Below the pieces are notes generated by a model, which was not told the origin of the DNA, searched no databases, and saw nothing but the letters and a program-made list of their open reading frames with translations. A program made the translations under genes and the position numbers. Below, piece by piece: positions 20,316-30,321 of a stretch of 64,000 bases of DNA. Positions within the stretch are counted from its first letter, which is position 1. Every line of letters begins with the position of its first letter. Origin of the DNA: a bacterium (GTDB lineage Bacteria > J088 > JAWLBW01); assembly GCA_041690355.1 (NCBI GenBank), contig JAWLHK010000011.1, positions 62,001 through 126,000 of the forward strand, in the 5' to 3' direction.

Positions 20316-21522
20316 CCGAGCCGCCGTCCCGTGCGGGGAGCCGCGGGATCGCCAGGTTTTCGTCGGCCTCGTGCCCCTCATGGCGCGCGGGCTGAGGCCG
20401 CCAGGGAAAGCGGATGATGGCGTCGGTCCCCTCTCCCACGCGGCTTTCGAGCTTCAGGTCGCCCCCCCACAGGCGCAGAATCTGCCGGCTCAGATACAGC
20501 CCCAGGCCGAACCCTTGCGCGAGCGGGCGGCTCGTGACGTTGGTCGCGCGCACGAACCGCTCGCCGATGCGCGGCAGGTCGGGCTCGGGAATGCCGATGC
20601 CCTGGTCGCGCACCGCCACCACGACGCTGTCGCCGTCGAGCGCCAGACGGAGCCCGACCGGCCCGTCGCTGTACTGCAGCCCGTTGAGGATCAGCTCCCG
20701 GAGCACCTGCCCGAAGCGATCCGGATCGAGGACGGCCCCCAGCGGCTCGGCTTCGACCGTGAGTTCCCGGTCGGGAAACCGTTCACGCAGCTGCGCAGCC
20801 GTCTGCTCGGCCAGAGTATCGAGGCGCACGGCTTCGGGGTGGTTGCGCAGCCGGCCGGTGCCCAGCCGGGCGACGTCGAGCAGCTGGTTGACGAGGTGCA
20901 CGAGCCGGTTGCTCTGTTCGACGACGGGACGGGCGATCTCGGGTTTCACGGGACGTCCGCTCTGGACGTACATCTCGAGCAATTCCGCATATCCCTTGAT
21001 GGCCGTGATCGGCGTTTTGAGTTCGTGTGCAGCCTTGTTCATGAATTCGGCCTGCCCGTACGGCTCTTCGGCCCAGACCGTCACGTCGTGAACCATATGA
21101 AGCACGAGCCGCCGGCCGGTGCCGCTGTAGGGAACCGCGGTCCACTGCAGGATCCGGCCGTCGTCGCTGCGCAACTGGCGTTCGGCCCGCACGACGCCGC
21201 GCTCGACGGCGTCAGACGGAGACTCGACGAGACGCTCGCGGGGCTGGCTTACCTGGCGCGCTATCCAGTCGGCGACGGGCCGGGCGCCGGGCGCCGCATG
21301 GACGTCGGAGTCGCGATCGAGCTCGCGACGCCAGGCCTCGTTGCGATAGACGAAGACCCCTCGCTCCGAAAGGGCCAGCGGCTCGGGCAGGCTGTCGAGC
21401 ATCTCGAGCCGGGATACCGCCCGGAGATCGCGCTCGCGACCCGAAAAGAGCATCTGGACGAGGCCGAAGGCAAGGCCGGCGAGCAGCGCCCCGAGGGCGA
21501 AGCCGAGAAGAAATGTCAGCAT
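20305..21522 (-). CDS. Membrane-anchored sensor histidine kinase (PAS-like, HisKA, HATPase)
   Basis: N-terminal TM, AAHELKTPIT H-box, N box, DQGIGI, GFGLGL. Confidence 0.92.
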   Translation of the reverse strand: MLTFLLGFALGALLAGLAFGLVQMLFSGRERDLRAVSRLEMLDSLPEPLALSERGVFVYRNEAWRRELDRDSDVHAAPGARPVADWIARQVSQPRERLVESPSDAVERGVVRAERQLRSDDGRILQWTAVPYSGTGRRLVLHMVHDVTVWAEEPYGQAEFMNKAAHELKTPITAIKGYAELLEMYVQSGRPVKPEIARPVVEQSNRLVHLVNQLLDVARLGTGRLRNHPEAVRLDTLAEQTAAQLRERFPDRELTVEAEPLGAVLDPDRFGQVLRELILNGLQYSDGPVGLRLALDGDSVVVAVRDQGIGIPEPDLPRIGERFVRATNVTSRPLAQGFGLGLYLSRQILRLWGGDLKLESRVGEGTDAIIRFPWRPQPARHEGHEADENLAIPRLPARDGGSVNR

Positions 21523-21663
21523 ACCGCAGGTTCAGTCTCAGACAGGGGGGGCCGGTGCAGCCATGCCGGGCGCTCGCCCTGCGGGCCCCCGCGGTACCGG
21601 CCCGGCCCGGCGAGTCTGTACGCTGGAGACAAGGCCGCGACGACGCGCCCTGGAGGTCAGACC

Positions 21664-22041
21664 ATGCCGTGCCGGATGTGCATCCATTTTCTCGCCGGAC
21701 ACCGTGAACCCGAAGACGGCTGGTGCCGGCTCAAGAGCGATGCCACGGCCAACCCGGTCCAGACCCGGGGGGGAGACCTCTGCGAATTCTTTGAAATCGA
21801 CCCCAACAGCGCCGAAGACATGCAGATGGTGCTGTGCCGGCACTGCGGCGGCGTGACCTTCGCCGCGGGCGAGCTCGAAATCTGCGACATCTGCACGGAC
21901 AAGTTCAATCTGCAGCAGTTTTTTCGCGAAGAAGGCTCGCACGTCGAGAGCGTGATGCGCTTCAACTGCAACCGCCCCTACCGCGAGCGCTGGCTCAAGC
22001 AGCGGCTCGAGGTCAAGCAGGGGGGCAAGCTCGCGCGATAG
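21664..22041 (+). CDS. Small cysteine-rich hypothetical protein, putative double zinc-binding
   Basis: GGAGG RBS about 7 nt before ATG 21664; CRMC...C...C and CRHC...CDIC. Confidence 0.7.
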   Translation: MPCRMCIHFLAGHREPEDGWCRLKSDATANPVQTRGGDLCEFFEIDPNSAEDMQMVLCRHCGGVTFAAGELEICDICTDKFNLQQFFREEGSHVESVMRFNCNRPYRERWLKQRLEVKQGGKLAR

Positions 22042-22072
22042 CCTCTCCGGCCTGCGACGCCGCCCCCGCCTG

Positions 22073-22081
22073 TGGTATAAT
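22073..22081 (+). promoter_or_regulatory. Extended -10 element upstream of hflX
   Basis: TGGTATAAT. Confidence 0.55.
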
Positions 22082-22114
22082 CCAGCATTCAGCCAGCATC
22101 AGGCCAGCATCAGG

Positions 22115-23464
22115 ATGGCGGTCGCCGGAGCCCCTCCGGCGCGTCTTCACGAGGGTTGCACGGACATCTTGACCGAAGAAAAAAAGCTCAATCTCCACCG
22201 CGCTTATCTCATCGCGGTTCGCGACCGGTCGACCCCGGTTCAGGAAGCCGAAGACGAGCTGCAGGAACTTGAGGTTCTGGCGCAGGCCATCGATTACGAC
22301 ATCGCCGGGCACACGGTGCAACGGGTCACCCAGTTCCACCCCAAGTACCTGATGGGTTCGGGGCTTGCCGAAAGCCTCGGCGACAAGCTGCGCGCGCTCG
22401 ACGCCGGCGCCCTGCTCGTCGACGGCGATCTCTCACCCGCGCAGGAGCGCAACCTCGAGAAGATTACAGGCGCCGCCGTTTACACGCGCACCGACGTCAT
22501 TCTCGAAATCTTCGCCCGCCGCGCCCAGACGCGCGAGGGTAAACTGCAGGTCGAACTGGCGCGCCTCGAATACGCTCTGCCCCGCATGGTCGGCATGTGG
22601 AGCCACTTCGGGCGCATGATGGGCGGCATCGGCGGCCGCGGCGGCGAAGGCGAGACCCAGCTCGAAGTCGACCGCCGCAAAGCGCGCATCCGCATCAACC
22701 AGCTGCGGCGCGAACTCGACCAGGTGCGCCACACGCGCCGCGAACATCGCAAGCAGCGGGCGCGCCGCGAAATTCCCCGGTTTGCCCTCGTCGGCTATAC
22801 GAACGCGGGCAAGAGCAGCCTGCTCAACCGGCTGACGGCCGCCGGCGCGCTCGAAGCCGATCAGCTGTTCGCCACCCTGGACCCGCTCACCGAGCGCCTG
22901 CAGCTTCCGAACCGGCAGACCGTGCTCGTCAGCGACACCGTCGGGTTCGTGCGCCGCCTGCCGCACACGCTGGTCGACGCCTTCAGGGCGACGCTCGAAG
23001 AGGTCAACGAGGCCGACGTCCTGCTGCACGTCGTCGACGGCAGCGACCCCGAGGCCGAGACCAAAATCGAGACCGTGCGCGACGTTCTCCGGGAGATCGG
23101 CGTCGAGGACAAGCCCGCCATTCTCGTCATCAACAAGCTCGACACCATGGGCGACCAGCTCGTACCGGCCTGGTACGCCGACGACGAGATGGAGATCGTG
23201 GCCGTCTCAGCGCGCACGGGCCGCGGCGTCGAAGATCTGCTGGCCGCCATGGAGCGCGCCCTCGAGGGGCAGCGTAACCGGGTGCACCTGCGCATCCCCT
23301 ATGCCGAGGGCAAGGCGCTCGCCGATATCCTCGCCCACGGTGAAATCTTTTCGCGCCGCGATCTGGACGACGCCGTCGAACTCGACGTCCGGCTGAGCCG
23401 CATCCTCGCCGGCCGGTACCGCAACTTCGTCTCGGCCCTGCCGACCGACAACGCCCACGGGTAA
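22115..23464 (+). CDS. hflX: GTPase HflX
   Basis: LEIFARRAQTREGKLQVELA, GETQLEVDRR, GYTNAGKS, DTVGF, NKLD; true start may be TTG near 22169. Confidence 0.96.
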   Translation: MAVAGAPPARLHEGCTDILTEEKKLNLHRAYLIAVRDRSTPVQEAEDELQELEVLAQAIDYDIAGHTVQRVTQFHPKYLMGSGLAESLGDKLRALDAGALLVDGDLSPAQERNLEKITGAAVYTRTDVILEIFARRAQTREGKLQVELARLEYALPRMVGMWSHFGRMMGGIGGRGGEGETQLEVDRRKARIRINQLRRELDQVRHTRREHRKQRARREIPRFALVGYTNAGKSSLLNRLTAAGALEADQLFATLDPLTERLQLPNRQTVLVSDTVGFVRRLPHTLVDAFRATLEEVNEADVLLHVVDGSDPEAETKIETVRDVLREIGVEDKPAILVINKLDTMGDQLVPAWYADDEMEIVAVSARTGRGVEDLLAAMERALEGQRNRVHLRIPYAEGKALADILAHGEIFSRRDLDDAVELDVRLSRILAGRYRNFVSALPTDNAHG

Positions 23465-23466
23465 GC

Positions 23467-24636
23467 ATGAAACGCATCTCTGGTCCCGTTCTGCTGTCTG
23501 CTGCAGCCCTGCTTCTTTCGCTGGCTTTCCCGGTGGGCGCCCGCGCGGCGTACCCGAGCTACGTGACCGGCGAGGCAGACTTTTCCGAGGGAGACCTCGA
23601 AACTTCGCGCCAGGAGGCGCGCCGGGATGCCGTCCGCAAAGGAATTCTGAAGGCGATCGAAGACGAACTCGGCCGCGGGACGACCGAAGAGTCGCTGGGT
23701 GAAATCCGCGCGCGCATCCTGCCGGCCGCCGATGATCTCGTCCAACGCAGCGCCGTCCTGGAGGAGCGCCGGGCCGGCACGGCGCTCTGTCTGTCGGTCG
23801 GCCACGAGATCGATCGCGACAAGGTGCGCGCCCGGCTCAAGGCCGCAGGGCTTGAACGACCGGCGGGCAAAGAACGCATCCTGCTCCTGTGGACGGACGA
23901 ACTGCGTTCGCTCGACGGTGAAGCCACGACCCTTGACGAGTATCTCGCCGCCACGTGGCTCGATCGGGGTCCGATCGCCCCGGTGGTCAAGGCTCTGGAC
24001 GATCGGCTCGCCGCCAACGGCTACGACGTCGTGCCCCTCGCGCCCGAAGATCGCCTGTGGCTTTCCGAAACGGTAGGCACGCGCGATCTCGACAAGCGGA
24101 CACTCCGGGAAATTGCCGCGCGCACCAAGGTCTCCAGGGTCCTGTTCGTGCGCCGGGTGCACCGCCCGCAGACCCCGCCCCCGGCGGCGCACCTGAAAAT
24201 CGAGCACGTCAACCACATCGCGTTTCTCGTGGCCGGCCCCGACGCCGATGGCGAGCCCGAACTCCGGCCCGTGACCGCGCTCGTGACCGAAGTCGTCGGC
24301 GGGCCGGAGAGTACCGCCGCCCTTCCGGTTGCCTGGATGGACAGCGTCCTCGAACAGCTCGATCGCACCGCAAGGAGCGCAGACCTGACGCTCACCATCA
24401 AGGGAATCGCGTCAACGGGCGAGCTCGACCGGCTCTGGGAAGCGCTGCGCAAAGTGCCTGCGCTGCGCGAGGTCGCGCCGCGCCGGATTGCCGCCGAAGC
24501 GGTCGTTTTCCGTCTGCGCGGCGAGCGTACGCCGCAGGAATGGGCCGCGGTCATCGGGCCCGTCTTTCCCGGCGCGAAGGTCAACCCTTCGAAGGCCGGC
24601 GTCGAGGTTCAGCTCGCGGCGCCCCCCGCCGAATAA
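23467..24636 (+). CDS. Exported hypothetical protein (N-terminus resembles FlgT_N/LPP20-like domain)
   Basis: Signal peptide (ARA); G.A...DLETSRQEARRDAVRK pattern; 2 bp after the hflX stop. Confidence 0.6.
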   Translation: MKRISGPVLLSAAALLLSLAFPVGARAAYPSYVTGEADFSEGDLETSRQEARRDAVRKGILKAIEDELGRGTTEESLGEIRARILPAADDLVQRSAVLEERRAGTALCLSVGHEIDRDKVRARLKAAGLERPAGKERILLLWTDELRSLDGEATTLDEYLAATWLDRGPIAPVVKALDDRLAANGYDVVPLAPEDRLWLSETVGTRDLDKRTLREIAARTKVSRVLFVRRVHRPQTPPPAAHLKIEHVNHIAFLVAGPDADGEPELRPVTALVTEVVGGPESTAALPVAWMDSVLEQLDRTARSADLTLTIKGIASTGELDRLWEALRKVPALREVAPRRIAAEAVVFRLRGERTPQEWAAVIGPVFPGAKVNPSKAGVEVQLAAPPAE

Positions 24637-24648
24637 ACATTCCCCGGA

Positions 24649-25410
24649 TTACCGGCCCCGGTACCGGTTGGCCTCGCCGATCTCGGGCTCGGTGGGCTTG
24701 ATCCCCATTTCGGCCGCCTTCGCCTCGGCTTCGGGGTTCGTCGGCTCGATGCCGCGGCTGTGATACCAGTCCTGAATAAGTTCGCCGACCCGCTTCGGAT
24801 CGTCGACAATCTGAAAAAGATCGAGATCCTCGGCATCGATGAACTTCGACGTCAGCGCCGTGCTGCGAAGCCAGTCGACCATCCCCTGCCAATAGCGGCT
24901 GTCGAAAAGGATGACCGGGAACGGCCGGATCTTGCGCGTCTGGATGAGCGTGATCGTTTCGAAGAACTCGTCGAGCGTGCCGTAGCCGCCCGGCATGAGC
25001 ACGAAGGCCGTCGCGTATTTCACGAGCATGACCTTGCGCACGAAGAAGTAGCGGAAGCGGACGGTCACCGAGGCGTAGTGATTGGCCGTCTGCTCCATGG
25101 GGAGCTCGATGTTGAGGCCGATCGACTTGCCGCCCGCCTCGTAAGCCCCCTTGTTCGCGGCCTCCATGGCCCCCGGGCCCCCTCCCGTAATTACCGAGAA
25201 CCGGCGGCTCACCAGATCGGCGGCGATGGCCTCGGCCGAGGTGTAGACGGGATCCCCGGGACGGGCCCGGGCCGTGCCGAAAATCGTGACGGCGGGGCCC
25301 ACGCGGCTCAGGGTATCGATGCCGTCGACGAACTCGCCCATGATACGAAACAGGCGCCAGCTCTCATCCCGTTTCCACGCATCGACGACATAGCGGGTCG
25401 AATCGGACAT
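24649..25410 (-). CDS. LOG family nucleotide phosphoribohydrolase
   Basis: TGGGPGAMEAANKGA, YFFVRK, PGGYGTLDE. Confidence 0.93.
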   Translation of the reverse strand: MSDSTRYVVDAWKRDESWRLFRIMGEFVDGIDTLSRVGPAVTIFGTARARPGDPVYTSAEAIAADLVSRRFSVITGGGPGAMEAANKGAYEAGGKSIGLNIELPMEQTANHYASVTVRFRYFFVRKVMLVKYATAFVLMPGGYGTLDEFFETITLIQTRKIRPFPVILFDSRYWQGMVDWLRSTALTSKFIDAEDLDLFQIVDDPKRVGELIQDWYHSRGIEPTNPEAEAKAAEMGIKPTEPEIGEANRYRGR

Positions 25411-25617
25411 AGTGCTCCTGGGTTACTCCGGGGAAAAAAAGGCCGCCGATTCCGGATTGGGACCGGTCTGGCGACGCCTTTTCCCACGTTACCCTGTTTC
25501 CCAGGGGGGGGCAAGCGTCGAGAGCTCCGGTAGCCGGTTCGGCGCCCCCGATCTTTTCGCACCGCCACCCGGAGCGCTCCGGCCGCCGATCCGGTAAACT
25601 ATGCGAACGGTAGCCCT

Positions 25618-27888
25618 ATGGAATTCAGCCTGATCAATCTCTTCGCCGTACTCCTCGCCGCCTGGGTGCTCGGAGGAATCGTGAGTCGGCTCGGCTACCC
25701 GTCGATTCTCGGCGAGCTCGCGGCCGGTATCATTTTCGGTCCGCCGCTGCTCGGCCTGCTCGAAGACCAGGCCGGGTTGCGCGTACTTGCCGAGGTGGGC
25801 GTTTATCTGCTCATGCTCTATATCGGCATGCAGGTCGATCACCGTGAGCTCCGGCGCGCATCGTGGCCCGGACTGCTGGCGGCGATCGGCGGCTTCTCGA
25901 TCCCCTTTGCCGCCGGGTTCGGACTCGCCCTGGGGTTCGGCGCCGACGTGCCCGAAAGCATGTTTCTGGGCCTCGGGTTCGGCGTCACGGCTCTCGTGGC
26001 CGGCTCGCGCATTCTGGCCGACTTCAACCTCTTCGGGACGCGCATCGCGAACGTTCTTCTGGCGAGCGCGCTCATTGCCGACACGGCCGCGCTGCTCATC
26101 TTCGCCGGCATTCTCAGCTTCGCGCGCACGGGCGGCGTCGACGTGCTCGAGATCGCCACCGTCGGCGGCAAGGCGGTTCTCTTCTTCGGGATCGCCGCCT
26201 TTCTCGGCCTCAAGGTATTTCCCATCGTCGGCGCCCGACTGATGAAAGCAGGGTTTCGCCAGCGCACCGCGAACTTCACGCTCCTGCTTCTCGTCGGCCT
26301 CCTCTTCTCAGAGATGGCCGAGCTGGCCGGGCTGCACGCGATCGTCGGCGCCTTTCTGGCCGGCCTCTTCGTAAGAGAAGGGGTGCTGCAGCGCAAGCTG
26401 TCGCACGACATCTCGGGCATCGTTCACGACCTGTCCATCGGCTTTCTCGCGCCGATTTTCTTCGTCACCTCGGGTTTCGCCGTCACCTTCGACGTCTTTC
26501 GTACCGACCTGACCTTTCTGCTGCTTGCCATTGTCGTGGCCACGGTCAGCAAGGTCGTCGGCGTGCTGCTTTTCTACCTGCCCACCCGCGCCGGCTGGCG
26601 CGAGGCGCTCACCGTCGGGCTGAGCATGAACGGGCGCGGCGGTATCGACATCATCCTCGCCCAAATCGGGCTCAGCCAGGGCTTCATCGATCAGGAACTC
26701 TTCTCGGTTCTCGTCTTCATGGCCCTGTTCACGACGGCGACCGTGCCGTTCTCGGTGAAATGGGCGCTGGGCTGGCTGAACCGGCATGGCGGACTGGTGC
26801 GCGAAGAGGTCGGCGAAAAGCGCACGATGATCTTCGGGGCGGGCCCGTTCGGCATCGCGCTCGCCAAGGAAATTTCGAAGGCCGAGTCGGTCGTGGTCAT
26901 TGACCGTAACCGCGAGCACTGCAACGCCGCGACCCGCGCCGGCCTCCATGCGGTCTCGGGCGATGCGCTCCAGTATGAAACGCTCGACAACGCCGGCGCG
27001 TCGGTCTCTCAGCGTCTGATTGCCGTCTCGTCGAACCCCGACGTCAATTCACTGGTTGCGCAGTTTGCACGCGAAACGTTTCGCATGCCCGAGGTCTTCG
27101 CCCTGATCCCGTCGCCACGCGAGTCGGGCATGCACGCCATGCTGGCCGAGCAGGGCATCAAGCCGTTGAGCGCCGGCCAGCGCCCGATTGAAGAGTGGGA
27201 ACGCGCCCTGTCGCTCGGCGTCGCCTCTGTCGAAGAGCTTCCTGTGCTCGACCGGGTCAGCGCGGCAGAGACGGCCGATACGTGGAGCTTCGGCCGCGAG
27301 CGCCTGCCGATCGCCGTCCGGCGCGCGAGCGGCGCGAGCGAGCCCTTTCACGACGCGCTGGAGCTGCAGGCCGGCGACCGCATCGTCTACCTTCACGATA
27401 CGGCGGGAACCGAGTCCGCGCTGCAGGGCGACCGGTTCGATCGGCTGGTCGCGAGCGCCGACGTGCTCGATGTCGAAGAACCGCTCAGCCGTGACGAAGC
27501 CTTCCGTCGTATCGCAGAACACTTTGCCGCGCGGCTCGAGCTGCCCGCCGACACCGTTCGCCAGCTGCTGTTGAGCCGTGAGGCCCAGGGGGGCACCATG
27601 ATTGCCCCCGGCATCGCCATTCCGCATCTGGAAGTCGACACGCCCGGACGCCTCGATGCCGTCATTCTGCGCGCCCGCGAGGGGATCGTATTCGAAGAGG
27701 GAAAGCCGCCGGTCATCGCCCTGTTCGCCATCGCGACCTCGCGCGACGAACGCGCCGCCTACCTGCGGGTGCTCGGGGCCATCGCCCAGATCCTGCACTC
27801 CTCAACGTTTACGCAGCGCTGGCTCGAGCTGCAGACCCCCGACGACCTGCGTGAGTTTCTGCGCGCGGTCAAACGCCAACGCTTCTGA
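25618..27888 (+). CDS. CPA2 cation:proton antiporter fused to KTN/RCK and PTS EIIA domains
   Basis: About 390-aa TM domain, GAGPFG Rossmann motif, C-terminal REAQGGT.IAPGIAIPH. Confidence 0.88.
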   Translation: MEFSLINLFAVLLAAWVLGGIVSRLGYPSILGELAAGIIFGPPLLGLLEDQAGLRVLAEVGVYLLMLYIGMQVDHRELRRASWPGLLAAIGGFSIPFAAGFGLALGFGADVPESMFLGLGFGVTALVAGSRILADFNLFGTRIANVLLASALIADTAALLIFAGILSFARTGGVDVLEIATVGGKAVLFFGIAAFLGLKVFPIVGARLMKAGFRQRTANFTLLLLVGLLFSEMAELAGLHAIVGAFLAGLFVREGVLQRKLSHDISGIVHDLSIGFLAPIFFVTSGFAVTFDVFRTDLTFLLLAIVVATVSKVVGVLLFYLPTRAGWREALTVGLSMNGRGGIDIILAQIGLSQGFIDQELFSVLVFMALFTTATVPFSVKWALGWLNRHGGLVREEVGEKRTMIFGAGPFGIALAKEISKAESVVVIDRNREHCNAATRAGLHAVSGDALQYETLDNAGASVSQRLIAVSSNPDVNSLVAQFARETFRMPEVFALIPSPRESGMHAMLAEQGIKPLSAGQRPIEEWERALSLGVASVEELPVLDRVSAAETADTWSFGRERLPIAVRRASGASEPFHDALELQAGDRIVYLHDTAGTESALQGDRFDRLVASADVLDVEEPLSRDEAFRRIAEHFAARLELPADTVRQLLLSREAQGGTMIAPGIAIPHLEVDTPGRLDAVILRAREGIVFEEGKPPVIALFAIATSRDERAAYLRVLGAIAQILHSSTFTQRWLELQTPDDLREFLRAVKRQRF

Positions 27889-27908
27889 GCGCACGAACCG
27901 AGCGGAGA

Positions 27909-28373
27909 CTATGCCGACAGTTCCCTACGCAGCCTTTCGCGCGCCTCATTGGCCAGCTGATCGCAGCGGTTGTTCTCGACGTTGTCGGCATGCCCCTTGA
28001 CCCACTTCCACGTGACCTGATGCCCGGATTGCAGATCATCGAGTTCGCGCCAGAGATCGTCGTTGAGCACGGGCTTACGCGCGCTGGTCTTCCACCCGTT
28101 GCGCTTCCACTTTTCGAGCCAGCCCGCCTCGAACGCGTCCATGAGATAGCGCGAATCGGTGTGCAGGACGACCCGGCAGGGCCGCTTCAGGCTGCGCAGG
28201 GCTTCGATGGCCGCCGTGATTTCCATGCGGTTGTTGGTCGATTCGGCAACGGCCCCCGAAATCTCCTTGCGGTGCGATTCGCCGGGCATGAGCAGCACGG
28301 CCGCCCACCCGCCCATGCCGGGATTGGGCGAGCAGGAACCGTCGGTATAGATGTGAACGAGCGGCAACGTCAT
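27909..28373 (-). CDS. rnhA: Ribonuclease HI
   Basis: IYTDGSCSPNPG, TNNRME, TDSRY, WVKGH, NNRCD. Confidence 0.97.
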   Translation of the reverse strand: MTLPLVHIYTDGSCSPNPGMGGWAAVLLMPGESHRKEISGAVAESTNNRMEITAAIEALRSLKRPCRVVLHTDSRYLMDAFEAGWLEKWKRNGWKTSARKPVLNDDLWRELDDLQSGHQVTWKWVKGHADNVENNRCDQLANEARERLRRELSA

Positions 28374-28525
28374 GACGCGTGTGAGTCCTGGCCGGCCCAG
28401 GGGGCGACGGCGAGAACTCATATGGTAACAGAGCGGGGCCTCGCGTTCCGAGCACGAGCTGTTGCAGACCCGCAGACCGGGGGTCATCATTTCAATCTGC
28501 AGTTGCGGAGCCGATAATCATAATC

Positions 28526-29950
28526 ATGGAATCGACGCCCCCCTTTGCCCTGCCGCCGCGGATGGACACCGGCGTCCCCGGCCTGAACATCGTTCTCCGG
28601 GGAGGCCTCTTTCCCGGCGGCATGTACCTGATCACCGGCCCCTCGGGCACCGGCAAGACGATTCTCGGCAACCAGATGTGCTTTCAACAGGTAGCCTCGG
28701 GCGGTGCGGCAGTTTACGTGACGCTTCTGGCCGAATCGCACGCACGGATGCTCACGCACATCGGCTCACTCAGCTTCTTCCGGGCCGACCAGGTCGCCCA
28801 GCGAATCACCTATGTGAGCGGGTTCGGCGAGCTTGAAACGGGCGGGCTGCAGGGGCTGCTCAAGTCCCTGCGCACGATCGTGCTCGAGCGAAAGGCGACG
28901 ATCCTGGTGCTCGACGGCGTGACGACCGCCTCCCGTCTGGCCCAGTCGCCCCTCGACTTCCGCAAGTTCCTGCGCGAACTCCAGGTGCTCATCGAGGTGG
29001 TCGGCTGTACGGCGCTCCTGATCGCCAACGAAGAGAACCGGCCGGAGATTCCGATTGAAAATACGATCGTCGACGGCATCATCTCCCTCTCGGACGAGCG
29101 CCACGGCCTGCGCGCCGTGCGCGAACTCGACGTCGTGAAGTTACGCGGCAGCGACTATCTGCGCGGCCGCCACTTCTACGACATCAACCGAGACGGCATC
29201 CGGGTCTACCCGCGCGTCGAAACCCTGCTTGCCCATCGGGCCGCGCCTTCGGTGGACCCTGACGACCGGCTCGGCACGGGCGTTCCCGGGCTCGACGAGC
29301 TGATGGGCGGGGGGCTTCCCGCCAACTCGTCGACCCTCGTATACGGCCGTTCGGGTGCGGGAAAGACCACGTTCGGCATGCAGTACCTCGTCGAGGGCCT
29401 GCGGCGCGGAGAGACCGTCCTGTGCGCGGGCATCGAATCGTCGACAACAATGGCGCTCACCGGCCGCCGCCTGTACCCCGAGTTTGATGCGGCCGTCGCC
29501 GACGGACGCGCGACACTGCTCTGGTGGGAGCCGGTCGAATATTATCTGGAAGGGCTCGCCGAAGAGCTGTTTCACCACGTGCGCAGGAGTCGCCCCCGGC
29601 GCATCTTCATCGACGGCCTGGGCACCCTGATGGCGGGGGCCGTCTATCAGGACCGCCTGCCGACGTTTCTGGCATCGATCTACGACGAGCTCATGCGCTG
29701 CGGCGCCACCCTGGTCACCTCGCTTCAGGAGCTGGACGGCGGCAATTTCCCGAAAGCGACGGCGCTGCCCCCCGTCGCGCACAACCTGATCCTGCTGACC
29801 GAAGAAGAAGCCGGCCATGAGCTGCGCCGCCAGCTGTGGGTCCGGCACATGCGCAACAGCGGGTGCGACACGCAGGGGCGCCGTTACCTCATCGAGGATT
29901 CGGGCCTGCGCGTCGATGCAGCGCAGCGGGGCCTCCGGGGAGAGTCATGA
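28526..29950 (+). CDS. KaiC/RAD55-like two-domain ATPase
   Basis: Two TGVPGL..L.GG starts, Walker A GPSGTGKT and GRSGAGKT, KLRG finger. Confidence 0.9.
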   Translation: MESTPPFALPPRMDTGVPGLNIVLRGGLFPGGMYLITGPSGTGKTILGNQMCFQQVASGGAAVYVTLLAESHARMLTHIGSLSFFRADQVAQRITYVSGFGELETGGLQGLLKSLRTIVLERKATILVLDGVTTASRLAQSPLDFRKFLRELQVLIEVVGCTALLIANEENRPEIPIENTIVDGIISLSDERHGLRAVRELDVVKLRGSDYLRGRHFYDINRDGIRVYPRVETLLAHRAAPSVDPDDRLGTGVPGLDELMGGGLPANSSTLVYGRSGAGKTTFGMQYLVEGLRRGETVLCAGIESSTTMALTGRRLYPEFDAAVADGRATLLWWEPVEYYLEGLAEELFHHVRRSRPRRIFIDGLGTLMAGAVYQDRLPTFLASIYDELMRCGATLVTSLQELDGGNFPKATALPPVAHNLILLTEEEAGHELRRQLWVRHMRNSGCDTQGRRYLIEDSGLRVDAAQRGLRGES

Positions 29951-30303
29951 AGACGATTCTCGTCGTCGACGACGAATACGCCATCGTCGAGGCGCTGCAT
30001 CTGCTTCTGCGCGACGAAGGCTACCAGGTCCTTACCGCCAACGGCGGACGGCAGGCGCAGGAAATTCTGCGCAAGGTGCATCCGGACGTCATGCTGCTCG
30101 ACGTCATGATGCCCGATCTGGACGGCCGCGCCCTCTTCGAGCAGATGCAGCAGGACCCCGACCTGCGCAACATCCCAGTCGTCATGATGAGCGCGGCCAT
30201 CATCGATCCGGCAAAGCTCGGCGCGCCGGCTTTCATTCAGAAGCCGTTCAATATCCGGGAACTGCTCGAAACGGTGGGCCGGCTGTCGAACGGCCGCGGT
30301 TGA
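29947..30303 (+). CDS. Single-domain response regulator
   Basis: VVDDE, LLDVMMPDLDG, QKPF; ATGA overlap with the ATPase gene. Confidence 0.92.
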   Translation: MKTILVVDDEYAIVEALHLLLRDEGYQVLTANGGRQAQEILRKVHPDVMLLDVMMPDLDGRALFEQMQQDPDLRNIPVVMMSAAIIDPAKLGAPAFIQKPFNIRELLETVGRLSNGRG

Positions 30304-30321
30304 GCGGCGCGGGCGCCGGGG

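Noticed and set aside
22082-22113. Triple CCAGCAT repeat in the hflX leader
   Set aside because: Short, imperfect and without spacers; not CRISPR and no function can be supported
28526-29950. Circadian clock KaiC
   Set aside because: No kaiA/kaiB nearby; phosphosites and catalytic glutamate pairs are not conserved
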